Assembly: GCA_035656825.1 (NCBI GenBank)
Contig: DASRRR010000110.1
Coordinates: 1 to 42,925, forward strand
Direction: 5' to 3'
Source of the DNA: Tepidisphaeraceae bacterium
GTDB lineage: Bacteria > Planctomycetota > Phycisphaerae > Tepidisphaerales > Tepidisphaeraceae
DNA: 42,925 nucleotides
The notes beneath the pieces were generated by a model. The model made no database searches and had not been told where the DNA came from. It saw nothing but the letters and a program-made list of their open reading frames with translations. Both the position numbers and the translations under genes were made by a program. Shown piece after piece: positions 10,401 through 19,811 of this stretch (within the stretch, counting starts at the first letter, position 1; each line of letters begins with the position of its first letter).

Positions 10401-10597
10401 CGCAGGCCGATGGCGAGCCATTGGCGGAGGGTGCCGAGGCTGGAGAGGGAGCGCAGGCCGAGGAGGATAATGGGGATGGCGATGACGACGAAGGCGGCGA
10501 TCAGCTTGGGCGCGCCGTAATAGTCGAAATTGAGAGGGGAGGTGAAGGCGAGAAAAGATAGCGGGTTGGGTAGGAGCATGGCTAGGGTGCAAACCAT
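7475..10597 (-). CDS. BatA-like membrane protein: N-terminal double-transmembrane domain, vWA domain, GATase1-like (DUF4159-type) domain, C-terminal TM and Pro/Thr-rich tail
   Basis: N-terminus MLLPNPLSFLAF...IAIPIILLGL (two-TM anchor typical of BatA/TIGR02226), DVSQS vWA-like MIDAS start, ...VILDNVPRGAGGLN...GGGLVMIGG GATase1-like segment. Confidence 0.6.
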   Translation of the reverse strand: MVCTLAMLLPNPLSFLAFTSPLNFDYYGAPKLIAAFVVIAIPIILLGLRSLSSLGTLRQWLAIGLRLLVLLFIILILGGVRWQRVNKDLEVFVVRDVSQSTTNVKDYPGGSLQSSIEDQIRQVVKRQKPPADRIGVISFARAADVDAMASTSLELGAGAIRERQEGTDAAAALQLAMAAGAQDAMHRLVLFWDGNATTGDLDPVLNMAAANHIPIDVVPLRYNVTNEVMIDRFVVPTFKRENEPYSVDVILRSTNPVTVTGKLSITQEGHPIDLNPGTGGTTPSRRVTLQPGLNRVSVQVPGTDVAGVYRFHATFEPDHSPSQPAADSILENNSADGFTFIRGKGRLLYVDQSRDNGSQYVIGALAKEGIEVRPDDRISASQFPNNLASLEAFDAVILDNVPRGAGGLNDSQERVLTSYVSQLGGGLVMIGGDSAYGAGGWQGSKLEEILPVSMDVPAQRQIPKAALVLIIDAIEQPEGNYWAQQCALKAVETLSAGDDVGVISWPGKVVWDYPIQPKGDGTHVNAAIKSMNPGDFPSFDDMMLAALNGANGQPGILANDARQKHVIIISDDDPQAPTEATLEAYRKAKITVSTVIDFPHGGVDPNSIMTHISEATKGRTYGPIYSNISQLPQIFVKEATVVRRSLIHEEKDGIQVKTPPSMSDLVKGIPGFPSIYGLILTSKKQSPFIEVPLLAGKSNDPLLAHWQTGQGHVAVFTSDAHNLWASGWVGSPMFSKFWSQVVRGTARSPLSTDLQPTITNDGQKGHISIEALNKDAGFQSFLNITGTVIGPDGSSQDIHPVQTGVGTYSTDFKTPLPGAYVVALHYQGPGHTSPGFVIAGTAVNGSPEMRDLHSNDVLLQQVADRTGGRVLPAFDLTNDTNWFRRENLYPSVASTPIWDLLIPFLLALLLLDIANRRVAWDWQTVLRLTRKAADYVRSFTVLTAPQGSGATLSALRGIREKVTEERFTPKPNPTPRPVPTARFEAPTGVEGDITKLVGGADGNTTTPSKPTPSNTPPGTTTTGSLIAAKRRAQQQMKRDQ

Positions 10598-10692
10598 TGT
10601 AGTAACCCGGGGTCGTGCGTGCCGGTAAAGATTCTACTACGCTTTGTGCGGCTTGCACGCGAATTGTCGGTACAATCGCCGGAAGGTTTCGC

Positions 10693-11775
10693 ATGGCACA
10701 AAGACGATTGATTCAATCGACATTGAAAGTGTGCGTGTTGGCGGCGGCGATTTTTGGCGTCTGGCGGTTGAGCCATGCGCCGCCGGCACCGATGCAGACC
10801 GAAGAGGACGATCCGGAGGAGAAGACCGAAGAGGCTCAGGTGGCGATCCGGATCAGTCATGTGACCCGGGCTACAGTGCATGAGTATGTGACGGGATATG
10901 GGGCGGTTGAAGCGGCTCCGGCGGGGGGTGGGGCGCGGATTTCGCCGGCAGTCGGGGGAGTGGTGGAAGCGGTTCGATGCAAGGAGGGGCAGTATGTGGA
11001 GAAGGGGGAGGTGTTGTTTACGCTGGATGGGCGGGCAGTAGAGGCGGATATCGAGCGGGCGCAGAAGGTGTTGGCGTCCAATCAGGGGGATTTCGATCGG
11101 GTGACGAAGGGAGCGACGACTGCGCCGGCGTGGCGGGTTTCGACGGCGGAGCAGTTGCGCGATATGGCGAAGGCGGATTTGGATCGGGCAGTGGCGCGGC
11201 AGGCGATGTTAACAGTGGTGTCGCCGTTGGCGGGGCGGGTGGAGACAATAACGGTGCAGGCGGGGGAGTGGGCGGATCCGACGGTGATGGCGGTGGAGGT
11301 GGTGGATCGGTTGGTGGTGGCGGCGGCGATTGTGCCGGAGGAGCTCGCGGGGATTCAGGTGGGGCAGAAGGCGATCATTCAATTGGCGGATGGGAAAGAG
11401 GTGGAGAGCCAGGTGACGCTGGTGGATACGCGGCTGGACGCGCGGACGGGGCAGGGGTCGGTGGATGTGGCGATTCCAAAAGAAGCGGGATTGCGATTGG
11501 GCGGGTTTGCGCGGGTGCGGATTGTGACGAAAGAGGAGACGAGGTTGACCGTGCCGGCGGAGAGCGTTGTGCGTGATGCGGATGGGAAGTCAGCGGTGCA
11601 GGCGGTGGAGATTGACGGGCGGTATGCGGCGCTTTTGCCGGTGATGGTTGGGATTCGTGATGGAGATGTGGTGGAAGTGTCGGGAGAAGGGTTGCACGAA
11701 GGGCAGTCGGTGGCGACAACGGGAGCGTATGCGTTGTTGCAGGGCAAGACGCCGGTGCGCGTGGTAGGGCATTGA
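10693..11775 (+). CDS. efflux RND transporter periplasmic adaptor subunit (membrane fusion protein, HlyD family)
   Basis: Signal/anchor, biotinyl-lipoyl-like hairpin ...VVSPLAGRVETITVQAGEWADP..., beta-barrel and MP domains; first ATG of the long ORF at 10615 gives an implausible leader, so Met at 10693 (MAQRRLIQ) is preferred. Confidence 0.85.
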   Translation: MAQRRLIQSTLKVCVLAAAIFGVWRLSHAPPAPMQTEEDDPEEKTEEAQVAIRISHVTRATVHEYVTGYGAVEAAPAGGGARISPAVGGVVEAVRCKEGQYVEKGEVLFTLDGRAVEADIERAQKVLASNQGDFDRVTKGATTAPAWRVSTAEQLRDMAKADLDRAVARQAMLTVVSPLAGRVETITVQAGEWADPTVMAVEVVDRLVVAAAIVPEELAGIQVGQKAIIQLADGKEVESQVTLVDTRLDARTGQGSVDVAIPKEAGLRLGGFARVRIVTKEETRLTVPAESVVRDADGKSAVQAVEIDGRYAALLPVMVGIRDGDVVEVSGEGLHEGQSVATTGAYALLQGKTPVRVVGH

Positions 11776-11785
11776 GGTGTGAACA

Positions 11786-14700
11786 TTGATGAGATCACAC
11801 GTGGGGCGGTTCGCCGTCCGGCAGGCTGTGCCGATTTTGTTTTTGATCGCCGTGGTGTGCGCCGCGGGGGCGTATGCGGCGCTGCATATGCCGTCGGCGG
11901 TCTTTCCGCAGACGGATTTTCCGCGCGTGGTGGTGATGGTCGAGAACGGGATGATGCCGGCCGATGAGATGATGGCGACGGTGACCCGGCCGGTGGAAGA
12001 GGGGATGAAGGATATTCAGGGGTGCCAGACGATTCGGTCGTCGACGGGGCGCGGGACGGCGGAGATTGATCTGTTTTTCTCGTGGGATGTGGATATGCGC
12101 CAGGCCGAGATGTATGTGCTCGGACGGCTGGGGCAGATACGGGCGGGGTTGCCGGCGACGGTGACGACGGATGTGTATCGGATGACGTTTTCGACGTTTC
12201 CGATCGTGGGGATTAGTCTGACCGGGCAGCCGGGGGCGGGGGATGATGTGAAGCGGTGGGAGACGGCGGAGTATGCGATTAAGCCGAGACTGCTGCGGAT
12301 ACCGGGGGTGGCGCGGGTGGAGATATTGGGGGGGCATCGGCCGGAATTTCAGGTGGAGTATGATCCGCAGAAATTGGCGGCGGCGCGGCTGACGGCGGCG
12401 GATCTGGTGGATGCGCTGACGAAGAATAATCTCGCCGCGGCGGCGGGGATGCATCAGGAAAATCATAGTTTGTATCTGGCGGTGGTGGATGGGCGCGTGC
12501 GGTCGGCGGAGGAGATCGCGAATTTGACGGCGGGTGTGGTGGCCGGGCATCCGGTGCGGATCGGGGATGTGGCGAAGGTGCAGCGCGGGGCGGAGCCGGC
12601 GTTTGATGTGGTGACGGCGAATGGGACGGATGCAGTGCTGCTCAATATTTATTCGCAGCCGGACGGGAGCACGACGGAGATCGCGGATCAGTTGCATGAG
12701 CAGATCCGGCAGATCAAGCATGAACTGGCGGCGGGGCAGAAGCTGACGTTTTTTTATGATCAGTCGCTGCTGGTGAAAGATTCGGTGCGCAGCGTGTGGG
12801 AGGCGATCGCATTTGGCCTGATTTTGACGGTGGTGATCGTTTATCTGTTTCTGCGCAGTTGGGGGATGACGCTGGTGACGGTGCTGGTGATCCCGGTGAC
12901 GGTGCTGTTTACGGTGCTGGTGATGAAGGCGCTCGGGCTGAGTTTTAACCTGATGACTCTGGGGGGAATCGCGGCGGCGATCGGGTTGGTGATCGATGAT
13001 GCGATCGTGGTGGTGGAAGCGATTCATGCCAAGGCGCGGGAGGGATTGGGGAGATTGGCGCTGATGGAGGCGGCGATTGGGGAGATTCTGCCGCCGCTGA
13101 TTGGATCGACGCTGACGCCGGTGGTGGTGTTTATTCCGCTGGCGTATTTGACGGGGGTGGCGGGGATTTTCTTTCGGGCGCTGGCGATCACGATGGTGGT
13201 GGCGCTGCTGACGTCGCTGATGCTCGCGCTGACGTTTACTCCTTCGCTGGCGGCTTGGTTTATCCCGGCGGTCGAGATGGAGGCGGAAGAGGGGGAGGAG
13301 TCGATGGGGTTTGCGATGGTGCTGGTGGTGGCGCTGTATCAATTCACAGTGCGGCTGACGCTGAAGCATCGGTGGTTTACGCTGGGGATTTGTGGTGTGG
13401 TAATGGCGGCGACGGTGGTTTTGTATGGGCGGTTGCAGAGTGATTTTCTGCCGGCGATGGATGAGGGGGGATTCATTATTGATTATGTGCTGCCGCCGGG
13501 GACGAGCCTGGCAGAGTCGGATCGGGAGCTGCGGCAGGCAGAGGATGTTCTGAAGACGATCCCCGAAGTGGAGAGTTTTTCGCGGCGGACGGGGGCGGCG
13601 CTGGGGGTGCATCTGGTTGAGCCGAATACGGGGGATTTTTTGGTGAAGCTGCGCGCGTCGCGTAAGCGGAAGACGGCGGTGGTGATCGATGAGTTGCGGG
13701 ATGATTTGTATGAGGCGCTGCCGCGGGTGAATTGGGAGTTTCCGGGGATTTTGACGGATTTGATCGGGGATTTGACCTGGTCGGATGAGGCGATCGAGGT
13801 GAAGTTTTTTTCGTCGGATACGCAGAAGCTGGAGAAGCTCGGGCCGCGGATTGAGGAGACGCTAAAGAAGATTCCGGGGGTGGTGGATACGACCAGTGGG
13901 CTGATTTATACGGGGCCTTCGATCAGCCTGCGCGTGCGCGATGTGGAGGCGCGGCGGTTTGGTTTGACGACGACGGATATCGCGGCGGCGGTGAATGCGG
14001 CGCTATTGGGGCAGACGGCGTCGACGGTGGCCGAGGCGGATCGGGTGATCAATGTGCGGGTGCGTGCGAATCATGATGAAGTGGATCGGCTGGCGAAGAT
14101 TCGGGCGCTGCCGATCCGAACGCCGACGGGGGCGATTGTGCGGGTGGATGAAGTGACGGAGGTGACAGAGACGCCGGGGCAGTTGGAATTGGAACGGGAT
14201 AATCTGCGGCAGAACATCGCGGCGACGGCGAATTTGCAGGGGCGCGATCTGGGGAGCGCGATGGTGGATGTGAAGAAGGCGCTGGCGGATGATCCGGAGT
14301 TGCCGGCGGACGCGATCGAGTTTGGTGGGCTGTATGAGCAGCAGCGGGAATCGTTTCATAATCTGACGATTGTGCTGGCGGCGGCGCTGGCGCTGGTGTT
14401 TCTGGTGGCGCTGATTGAATTTGGCACGGTGCGCGAGCCGATTGCGATTGTGTCGGGGGCGGCTCTATCCTCCTTTGGAATTGTGGTGGCTCTGCTGATT
14501 ACGCATACGTCGTTGAATATCGTGACGTTTCTCGGGGCGATTATCGGCATGGGGATCGTTCATAAGAATGGGCTGCTGATGCTGGATAGCGTGAAGCATC
14601 TGCGGGCGACCGGAGTGAAGTTGTACGATGCGCTGGTGTGGTCGGGGAGGAGGCGATTGCGGCCGGTGCTGATGACATCGCTGGCGGCGGCGCTGGGGAT

Positions 14701-14860
14701 GTTGCCGCTGGCGTATGGGATCGGGTCGGCGGATATGTTGCGGCCGCTGGCGATTGCGGTGATCGGGGCGGTCTGCGTGTCGGTGCTGTTGTCGCTGGTG
14801 GCGACGCCGACGATTTATTATGTATTGTGTCGCCTGACCCGATCAGGGCGAGAGGATTGA
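11786..14860 (+). CDS. efflux RND transporter permease subunit (AcrB/CzcA family), 1024 aa
   Basis: 12-TM architecture with two large periplasmic loops, characteristic length, conserved TM4-region charged residues; immediately follows adaptor gene with a 10-bp gap. Confidence 0.9.
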   Translation: MMRSHVGRFAVRQAVPILFLIAVVCAAGAYAALHMPSAVFPQTDFPRVVVMVENGMMPADEMMATVTRPVEEGMKDIQGCQTIRSSTGRGTAEIDLFFSWDVDMRQAEMYVLGRLGQIRAGLPATVTTDVYRMTFSTFPIVGISLTGQPGAGDDVKRWETAEYAIKPRLLRIPGVARVEILGGHRPEFQVEYDPQKLAAARLTAADLVDALTKNNLAAAAGMHQENHSLYLAVVDGRVRSAEEIANLTAGVVAGHPVRIGDVAKVQRGAEPAFDVVTANGTDAVLLNIYSQPDGSTTEIADQLHEQIRQIKHELAAGQKLTFFYDQSLLVKDSVRSVWEAIAFGLILTVVIVYLFLRSWGMTLVTVLVIPVTVLFTVLVMKALGLSFNLMTLGGIAAAIGLVIDDAIVVVEAIHAKAREGLGRLALMEAAIGEILPPLIGSTLTPVVVFIPLAYLTGVAGIFFRALAITMVVALLTSLMLALTFTPSLAAWFIPAVEMEAEEGEESMGFAMVLVVALYQFTVRLTLKHRWFTLGICGVVMAATVVLYGRLQSDFLPAMDEGGFIIDYVLPPGTSLAESDRELRQAEDVLKTIPEVESFSRRTGAALGVHLVEPNTGDFLVKLRASRKRKTAVVIDELRDDLYEALPRVNWEFPGILTDLIGDLTWSDEAIEVKFFSSDTQKLEKLGPRIEETLKKIPGVVDTTSGLIYTGPSISLRVRDVEARRFGLTTTDIAAAVNAALLGQTASTVAEADRVINVRVRANHDEVDRLAKIRALPIRTPTGAIVRVDEVTEVTETPGQLELERDNLRQNIAATANLQGRDLGSAMVDVKKALADDPELPADAIEFGGLYEQQRESFHNLTIVLAAALALVFLVALIEFGTVREPIAIVSGAALSSFGIVVALLITHTSLNIVTFLGAIIGMGIVHKNGLLMLDSVKHLRATGVKLYDALVWSGRRRLRPVLMTSLAAALGMLPLAYGIGSADMLRPLAIAVIGAVCVSVLLSLVATPTIYYVLCRLTRSGRED

Positions 14861-14862
14861 CT

Positions 14863-17031
14863 ATGTCGATTTCCAGGATGGCGGCGGTGTTGGTGGCGCT
14901 GGTGGCTTCGCCGTTGTGGGCGGGGCCGCTGGTGGATCTGGTGAATCCGCTACAGGGGACGGATTCGGTATCGTCGTTGTCGCATGGGAATACATTGCCG
15001 CTGGCGGGCGTGCCGTGGGGGATGACGAATTGGACGGTGCAGACGGGGGGCGGAAATTGGTTTTTTCAGTACGGGGCTAAGCAGGTGCAGGGGTTTCGCG
15101 CCACGCGACAGCCCAGTCCTTGGATGGGAGATTATGGGCAATTTACGCTGATGCCGGAGACGGGGGAGTTGCAGACGAATGCGGAGAAGCGGGCGGCGGA
15201 GTATGACGTGAATGCATCGGTGTTTCGGCCGGACTATTTGAAGGTGGAGTTGAAGCGATACGCAGTCACGGCTGAATTGACGGCAACCGAACGCTGCGCG
15301 GCGGCGCGGTTTACGTTTCAGCAGGGAGATACGGGGCGGCTGATTATCGATCCGGCGGGAGAGGGGAAAGTGGAAGTGGTGGGGCGGGAGATTCGCGGGT
15401 ATTCCAAGGCGGCTCATGGCGGCGTGCCGGGGAATTTTGCGGGGTATTTTGTCATTGAGATGGATCGCGATTTGACGAAGACCGGGACGAAATATGTGGA
15501 ATTTTCCGTCGCCGAGGCTCGCCAGGTGAATGTGAAGATCGGGACATCGTATATCAGTCTTGAACAAGCGGAGATGAATTTACGCCGGGAAGTGGGCGGG
15601 AGCTTTGATGACGTTCGCGCGACTGTAGCGGACGTATGGGAGAAGCATCTGGGGCGCATTGAGATTGCAGGGGCGGATGCCGAGCAGCGGAAGACGTTTT
15701 ATACGTGCATGTATCGGGCGATTTTGTTTCCGCACCGGTTTTATGAACTCGATGCGGATGGGAAGGCGATTCATTACAGCGCTTATGACGGCAAAGTGCA
15801 TGATGGGGTTGCGTACACCGACAATGGATTCTGGGATACGTATCGCACGGTCTATCCGTTTTATTCGATTGTGTATCCGGATCAGTTGAAGGAGATTTTG
15901 GAAGGGTATGTGGCGGCGTATCGGGAGAGCGGGTGGCTGCCGGAATGGCCTAGCCCGGGGCATTTGAGCGTCATGATCGGGTCGCATATCGATGCGGTGT
16001 TTGCCGATGCGGCGGCGAAGGGGATTGCGGGGTTTGATTTGGCGGGGGCGTATGAGGGGATGCGGAAGGATGCGTTTGTTGCCGGGCCGAGCGATGCGAT
16101 CGGGAGGCCGGGGCTGAAGGAGTATGAGGAGCTGGGGTATGTGCCGGAGGGGAAGGCGCGGTATTCGGTATCGACGACGCTGGATTATGCGTATGACGAT
16201 TGGTGCGTGGCCCAGGTGGCGAAGAAGCTGGGGAAGGATGAGGATTATCAGAAGCTCATGGCCCGGTCGCAGAACTATCGGAAGTTGTGGGATGAGTCGA
16301 CGGGATTCATGCGGCCTAAGAATGCGCAAGGGAAATGGGCGGAGGCGTTTGATCCTTATTATTGGGGCGGGCCTTATGTCGAGGGTGGGCCCTGGCAATG
16401 TTCGTGGGCGGTGCAGCATGACTTGGGCGGCTTAAGAGAATTGCTGGGCGGGCCCGCGAAAATGGGGGAGAAGCTGGATCGGTTGCTGGGGACGCCGCCT
16501 GTCTTTCATGTGGGGGGGTATGGCAGCGTGATTCATGAAATGCGCGAGATGTGGATTCGGGAGTTCGGGCAGTATGCGCACTCGAATCAGCCGAGCCATC
16601 ATTTGTTGTATCTGTATGCGGTGGCGGGGGAGCCTTGGAAGATGGAGTATTGGACCCGGCGCGTCTGCGCGGAGTTATACAATTCCGGCCCGGATGGGTT
16701 TGCCGGGGATGAGGACAATGGGGAGATGTCCTGCTGGTATTTGCTGAGCACGATGGGGGTCTATCCGCTCTGTCCGGGTCGGCCGGATTATGTATTGACC
16801 AGCCCGGCGTTTGATCGGGCGACGATTCATCTGCGAAATGGGAAAGACTTCGTCGTGGCCGCGAAGAATAACGGCCAGCGGAATGTCTATGTGCAGAAGC
16901 GGGCGCTGGATGGCAAGCCTTATTCGAGTTCGTATATCCCGCAAGCGGCGCTGATTGCCGGCGGGACTTTGGATGTGGAGATGGGCGAGCAGCCGAATCT
17001 CCAGGCCGGGGGGGATGGGGAGTTGCCGTAG
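14863..17031 (+). CDS. GH92-family glycoside hydrolase (putative alpha-1,2-mannosidase), secreted
   Basis: Signal peptide MSISRMAAVLVALVASPLWAG; N-terminal VNPLQGTDS...GNTLP...PWGM and C-terminal GDEDNGEMSCWYLLSTMGVYPLCPG match GH92 signature regions (recalled from memory). Confidence 0.8.
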   Translation: MSISRMAAVLVALVASPLWAGPLVDLVNPLQGTDSVSSLSHGNTLPLAGVPWGMTNWTVQTGGGNWFFQYGAKQVQGFRATRQPSPWMGDYGQFTLMPETGELQTNAEKRAAEYDVNASVFRPDYLKVELKRYAVTAELTATERCAAARFTFQQGDTGRLIIDPAGEGKVEVVGREIRGYSKAAHGGVPGNFAGYFVIEMDRDLTKTGTKYVEFSVAEARQVNVKIGTSYISLEQAEMNLRREVGGSFDDVRATVADVWEKHLGRIEIAGADAEQRKTFYTCMYRAILFPHRFYELDADGKAIHYSAYDGKVHDGVAYTDNGFWDTYRTVYPFYSIVYPDQLKEILEGYVAAYRESGWLPEWPSPGHLSVMIGSHIDAVFADAAAKGIAGFDLAGAYEGMRKDAFVAGPSDAIGRPGLKEYEELGYVPEGKARYSVSTTLDYAYDDWCVAQVAKKLGKDEDYQKLMARSQNYRKLWDESTGFMRPKNAQGKWAEAFDPYYWGGPYVEGGPWQCSWAVQHDLGGLRELLGGPAKMGEKLDRLLGTPPVFHVGGYGSVIHEMREMWIREFGQYAHSNQPSHHLLYLYAVAGEPWKMEYWTRRVCAELYNSGPDGFAGDEDNGEMSCWYLLSTMGVYPLCPGRPDYVLTSPAFDRATIHLRNGKDFVVAAKNNGQRNVYVQKRALDGKPYSSSYIPQAALIAGGTLDVEMGEQPNLQAGGDGELP

Positions 17032-17049
17032 GGGGTGTATGATCGTGGC

Positions 17050-18363
17050 ATGAAAACTTTCCTGCTGGCGCTGGTCGTGCTTGGTATTTTCAGTGCCATA
17101 TCCGATGCCCAGGATGTGACCGTCTTTCAACACGCCCGGCTGATCGATGGCACCGGCGCTCCGCCGCGCGATGACACCACGATCGTCGTTCGCGGACATA
17201 CCATCGAGTCCGTTGGCACGGACATCGCCATTCCCGCCGGCGCGACTCTCATTGACGCGCGCGGAAAGACCATCATGCCGGCCCTGGTCGTAGCGCATGC
17301 GCATCTGGGACTGGTCCAAGGCACCAGTTCCTCGACCAGCCATATCACCGAAGCCAACGTCCTGCATCAGCTTTATCGCTACGCGAACTATGGCATCGGC
17401 ACGATCACGTCGCTGGGACTGGATCACGAGCTCATTTTTGATCTGCGCCAGCAGCGCGATCAGCATGAGTTGGTCTGCCCAAGGATTCTCACCGCCGGGC
17501 ATGGATTCACCGCTCCGCAAGGCGGCCCGGGAGCGTCGATCGGGGATCAGTTGTATCGCCCTGCCACCGTCGAGGAGGCGCGCAAGGATGTCGTGGAGCT
17601 GGCGGGAAAGCATCCGGACATCGTGAAGATCTGGCTGGATGATTTCGGCGGCTCGTCCAAGCGCATTCAGCCGGAGATTTATAAAGCGATCATCGACGAA
17701 GCGCACAAGCATGGCCTGCGCGTCGCAGCGCACATCTACTATCTGGCGGATGCCAAGGCGATCGTGGAGGCGGGCGTGGATATCCTGGCGCACAGCATCC
17801 GCGATCTGCCCGTGGATGATGAACTGATTCACAAAATGCGCGACCGCGGCGTCTTTCTGATTCCGACGCTGGACATGATCGAAGTCTCCTACGTCTATGC
17901 CGACAAGCCGGCGTGGATGAAGGAGCCGTTCTTCACCAATGCCGCCGAGCCGGGGGTGGTGGCGATGCTGGAGAGCCCCAAATATGCCCCGCAGAACCGC
18001 GACCGGCGCGTGCTGAAACTGGCGGAGCAGAACCTGAAGATTCTCTTCGACGCCAACGTCAAGATCGGATTCGGCACCGATACCGGAGCCGCGCCGATTC
18101 GCGTGCAGGGATTTGGCGAACACCGCGAATTGCAGTTGATGGTCGAGGCGGGCCTGACCCCCATGCAGGCAATCCAGTGCGCCACCCAGCACAGCGCCGA
18201 ACTCCTGGGAATCTGGAATACGGTCGGCACGCTCGAGCCGGGCAAGGAGGCGGACCTGATCGTGCTGGACGCCGACCCATCGGTGGACATCCACAACACC
18301 GAGCGGATCAACGCCGTCTGGCTGGACGGAAAGAAAGTGGACGCGGATTCCCAATCGAAATAG
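17050..18363 (+). CDS. amidohydrolase family protein (metal-dependent hydrolase), secreted
   Basis: Signal peptide MKTFLLALVVLGIFSAISDA; HAHLG metal-binding motif, ...AHSIRD..., ...GTDTGAA...; typical imidazolonepropionase-like amidohydrolase layout. Confidence 0.8.
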   Translation: MKTFLLALVVLGIFSAISDAQDVTVFQHARLIDGTGAPPRDDTTIVVRGHTIESVGTDIAIPAGATLIDARGKTIMPALVVAHAHLGLVQGTSSSTSHITEANVLHQLYRYANYGIGTITSLGLDHELIFDLRQQRDQHELVCPRILTAGHGFTAPQGGPGASIGDQLYRPATVEEARKDVVELAGKHPDIVKIWLDDFGGSSKRIQPEIYKAIIDEAHKHGLRVAAHIYYLADAKAIVEAGVDILAHSIRDLPVDDELIHKMRDRGVFLIPTLDMIEVSYVYADKPAWMKEPFFTNAAEPGVVAMLESPKYAPQNRDRRVLKLAEQNLKILFDANVKIGFGTDTGAAPIRVQGFGEHRELQLMVEAGLTPMQAIQCATQHSAELLGIWNTVGTLEPGKEADLIVLDADPSVDIHNTERINAVWLDGKKVDADSQSK

Positions 18364-18609
18364 AAGCGCTTGCATTGGAAAATTTGGGCGGTACAGTCCC
18401 GCTCTCTCGGGCGGCAACGTGCCCCTGGTGCCACGCACCTTGCAGGGAAGTCGGTGACGGAGCGACACGCTCTTATTCCGACGCGGACGCGCCGCTGTGA
18501 TGGACGTTTCAATCTTTCGGTCGGTATGCCACTGTCCTGATGCGAATCGGGATGGGAAGGTGATCGGAAGACAGTCCTAAGCCAGAAGACCGGCCCGGGA
18601 AACAGGTCT

Positions 18610-18624
18610 GACACAACGTGTGTC
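18610..18624. promoter_or_regulatory. perfect 6-3-6 palindrome GACACA-ACG-TGTGTC nested in an outer GGCCCG/CGGGCC inverted repeat (18592..18629)
   Basis: Directly visible in the intergenic region between the amidohydrolase stop (18363) and the PEP-CTERM gene start (18777). Confidence 0.35.
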
Positions 18625-18776
18625 GGGCCAACCGTATTCGTCCTCGCGATTCGGGACGGCCGGGTCTGGCTTCCAATCCAATTGTGGCTGGTTGTGCGCT
18701 CGCTCTGGCGATGGCGCGCAAGATGCACGTTTGCGTTGGCGCTTGCCCATGGCCTTCCCGCAGGAAGGAGCGACCC

Positions 18777-19721
18777 ATGGGTCGTAGCGCTATTCGGAGC
18801 GGCATCGTTGCCGCTGGTCTGATTCTGGTTGGAAATTCTTCAACCCTGCTGGCGGCAGTCTCTGCGACGGTGGTCCCCGGCACGCTGGTGCAGGGATCGG
18901 TGCAAGCCTCACTCGGGGCGGGCACGACGTACAACAATGAAGGGAGCAATCTTCGTGATTGGCCGCTGGACACGGGTGGGACGGCGACCAACAAGTACGC
19001 CATCAGCCTCACCAATGCCAATTTCAATGGCAATTCCTTTGGCGGGAGCCTGAATTCCATTCTGGCGTTTGGAAATGGAGGCGGCGTGACGCTGAAGTTC
19101 GATTCGCCGATCCATCCGGTCGATGGGCAAAAAGAATTCGGGATCTTCACCGCCCAGATGATCATCGCCTCCAGCGGCGCGATCTTCAGCGGCAACATGG
19201 AGGCCGCAATTCTCGTCAGTGATGATGGAAACAGTTGGTATACGCTGGACGGAGCCTCGGTGGCGTCTCCGACGACGTATGTGGCGACGAGTTACAAGCT
19301 CAATGCGCCGACGATGTCGTATGACTATACGACCTTCGCCAAGGGGTGGACCTACGGATCGCCCGGAACGACGCCGGCAAATCTGAGCGCGCTGGCGGTG
19401 GCGAATTACCAGACACCCATGCCGGATGACTCCCTGTTTAATGGTGCCGGGACCAATGCCCAGCGCTTGGCGCTCAAGACCGACACCTCCACGGCGGATT
19501 ATGACGCAGTCATGGGAACCTCCGGCGGAGGAAACTGGTTCGACATCTCCGGCAGCGGACTGGCCGAGGTGAATTACATTCGCCTTAATGGGGTGAACGT
19601 AGGGACCGGATCATTCAATGGCGACCGCCTGGATGCGGTGTTCGCCAACGCGCTGGCTGTGCCGGAACCAAGCGTGCTGGGCGTGATAATGATGGGAGTG
19701 ATGTTGCGACGTCGCCGGTGA
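18777..19721 (+). CDS. PEP-CTERM sorting-domain protein (secreted, exosortase substrate)
   Basis: GGAAGGAG RBS-like stretch before ATG; signal peptide; C-terminal VPEPSVLGVIMMGVMLRRRR (PEP motif + TM helix + Arg-rich tail). Confidence 0.75.
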   Translation: MGRSAIRSGIVAAGLILVGNSSTLLAAVSATVVPGTLVQGSVQASLGAGTTYNNEGSNLRDWPLDTGGTATNKYAISLTNANFNGNSFGGSLNSILAFGNGGGVTLKFDSPIHPVDGQKEFGIFTAQMIIASSGAIFSGNMEAAILVSDDGNSWYTLDGASVASPTTYVATSYKLNAPTMSYDYTTFAKGWTYGSPGTTPANLSALAVANYQTPMPDDSLFNGAGTNAQRLALKTDTSTADYDAVMGTSGGGNWFDISGSGLAEVNYIRLNGVNVGTGSFNGDRLDAVFANALAVPEPSVLGVIMMGVMLRRRR

Positions 19722-19747
19722 ATGCTGGTTCGTTGATGCTCGCAAAA

Positions 19748-19775
19748 GCCCACCGACCGCGGTCGGTGGGCTTTG
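19748..19775 (+). terminator. Rho-independent terminator after the PEP-CTERM gene
   Basis: Perfect 24-nt GC-rich palindrome GCCCACCGACCGCGGTCGGTGGGC followed by TTTGG, 27 nt downstream of the stop codon. Confidence 0.6.
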
Positions 19776-19811
19776 GATGAACATGCACTCTTCCTTAGAG
19801 ACAGGAGCGCC

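Noticed and set aside
10598-10692. Sigma-70-type promoter (TTGCAC ... TACAAT) in the BatA/HlyD divergent region
   Set aside because: Hexamers are present but spacing is ~12 nt rather than 17+/-1, so not reported as a feature.
9102-10694. 530-aa Arg/Pro-rich ORF antisense/alt-frame to the BatA-like gene, and the similar 605-aa ORF 11795..13612 opposite the RND permease
   Set aside because: Composition-driven (RRRRP...HRH repeats), overlapping strongly supported genes.
17895-19198. Minus-strand ORFs 17895..18728 and 18509..19198 spanning the amidohydrolase/PEP-CTERM genes
   Set aside because: Antisense to well-supported genes; Cys/Arg/Pro-rich translation.
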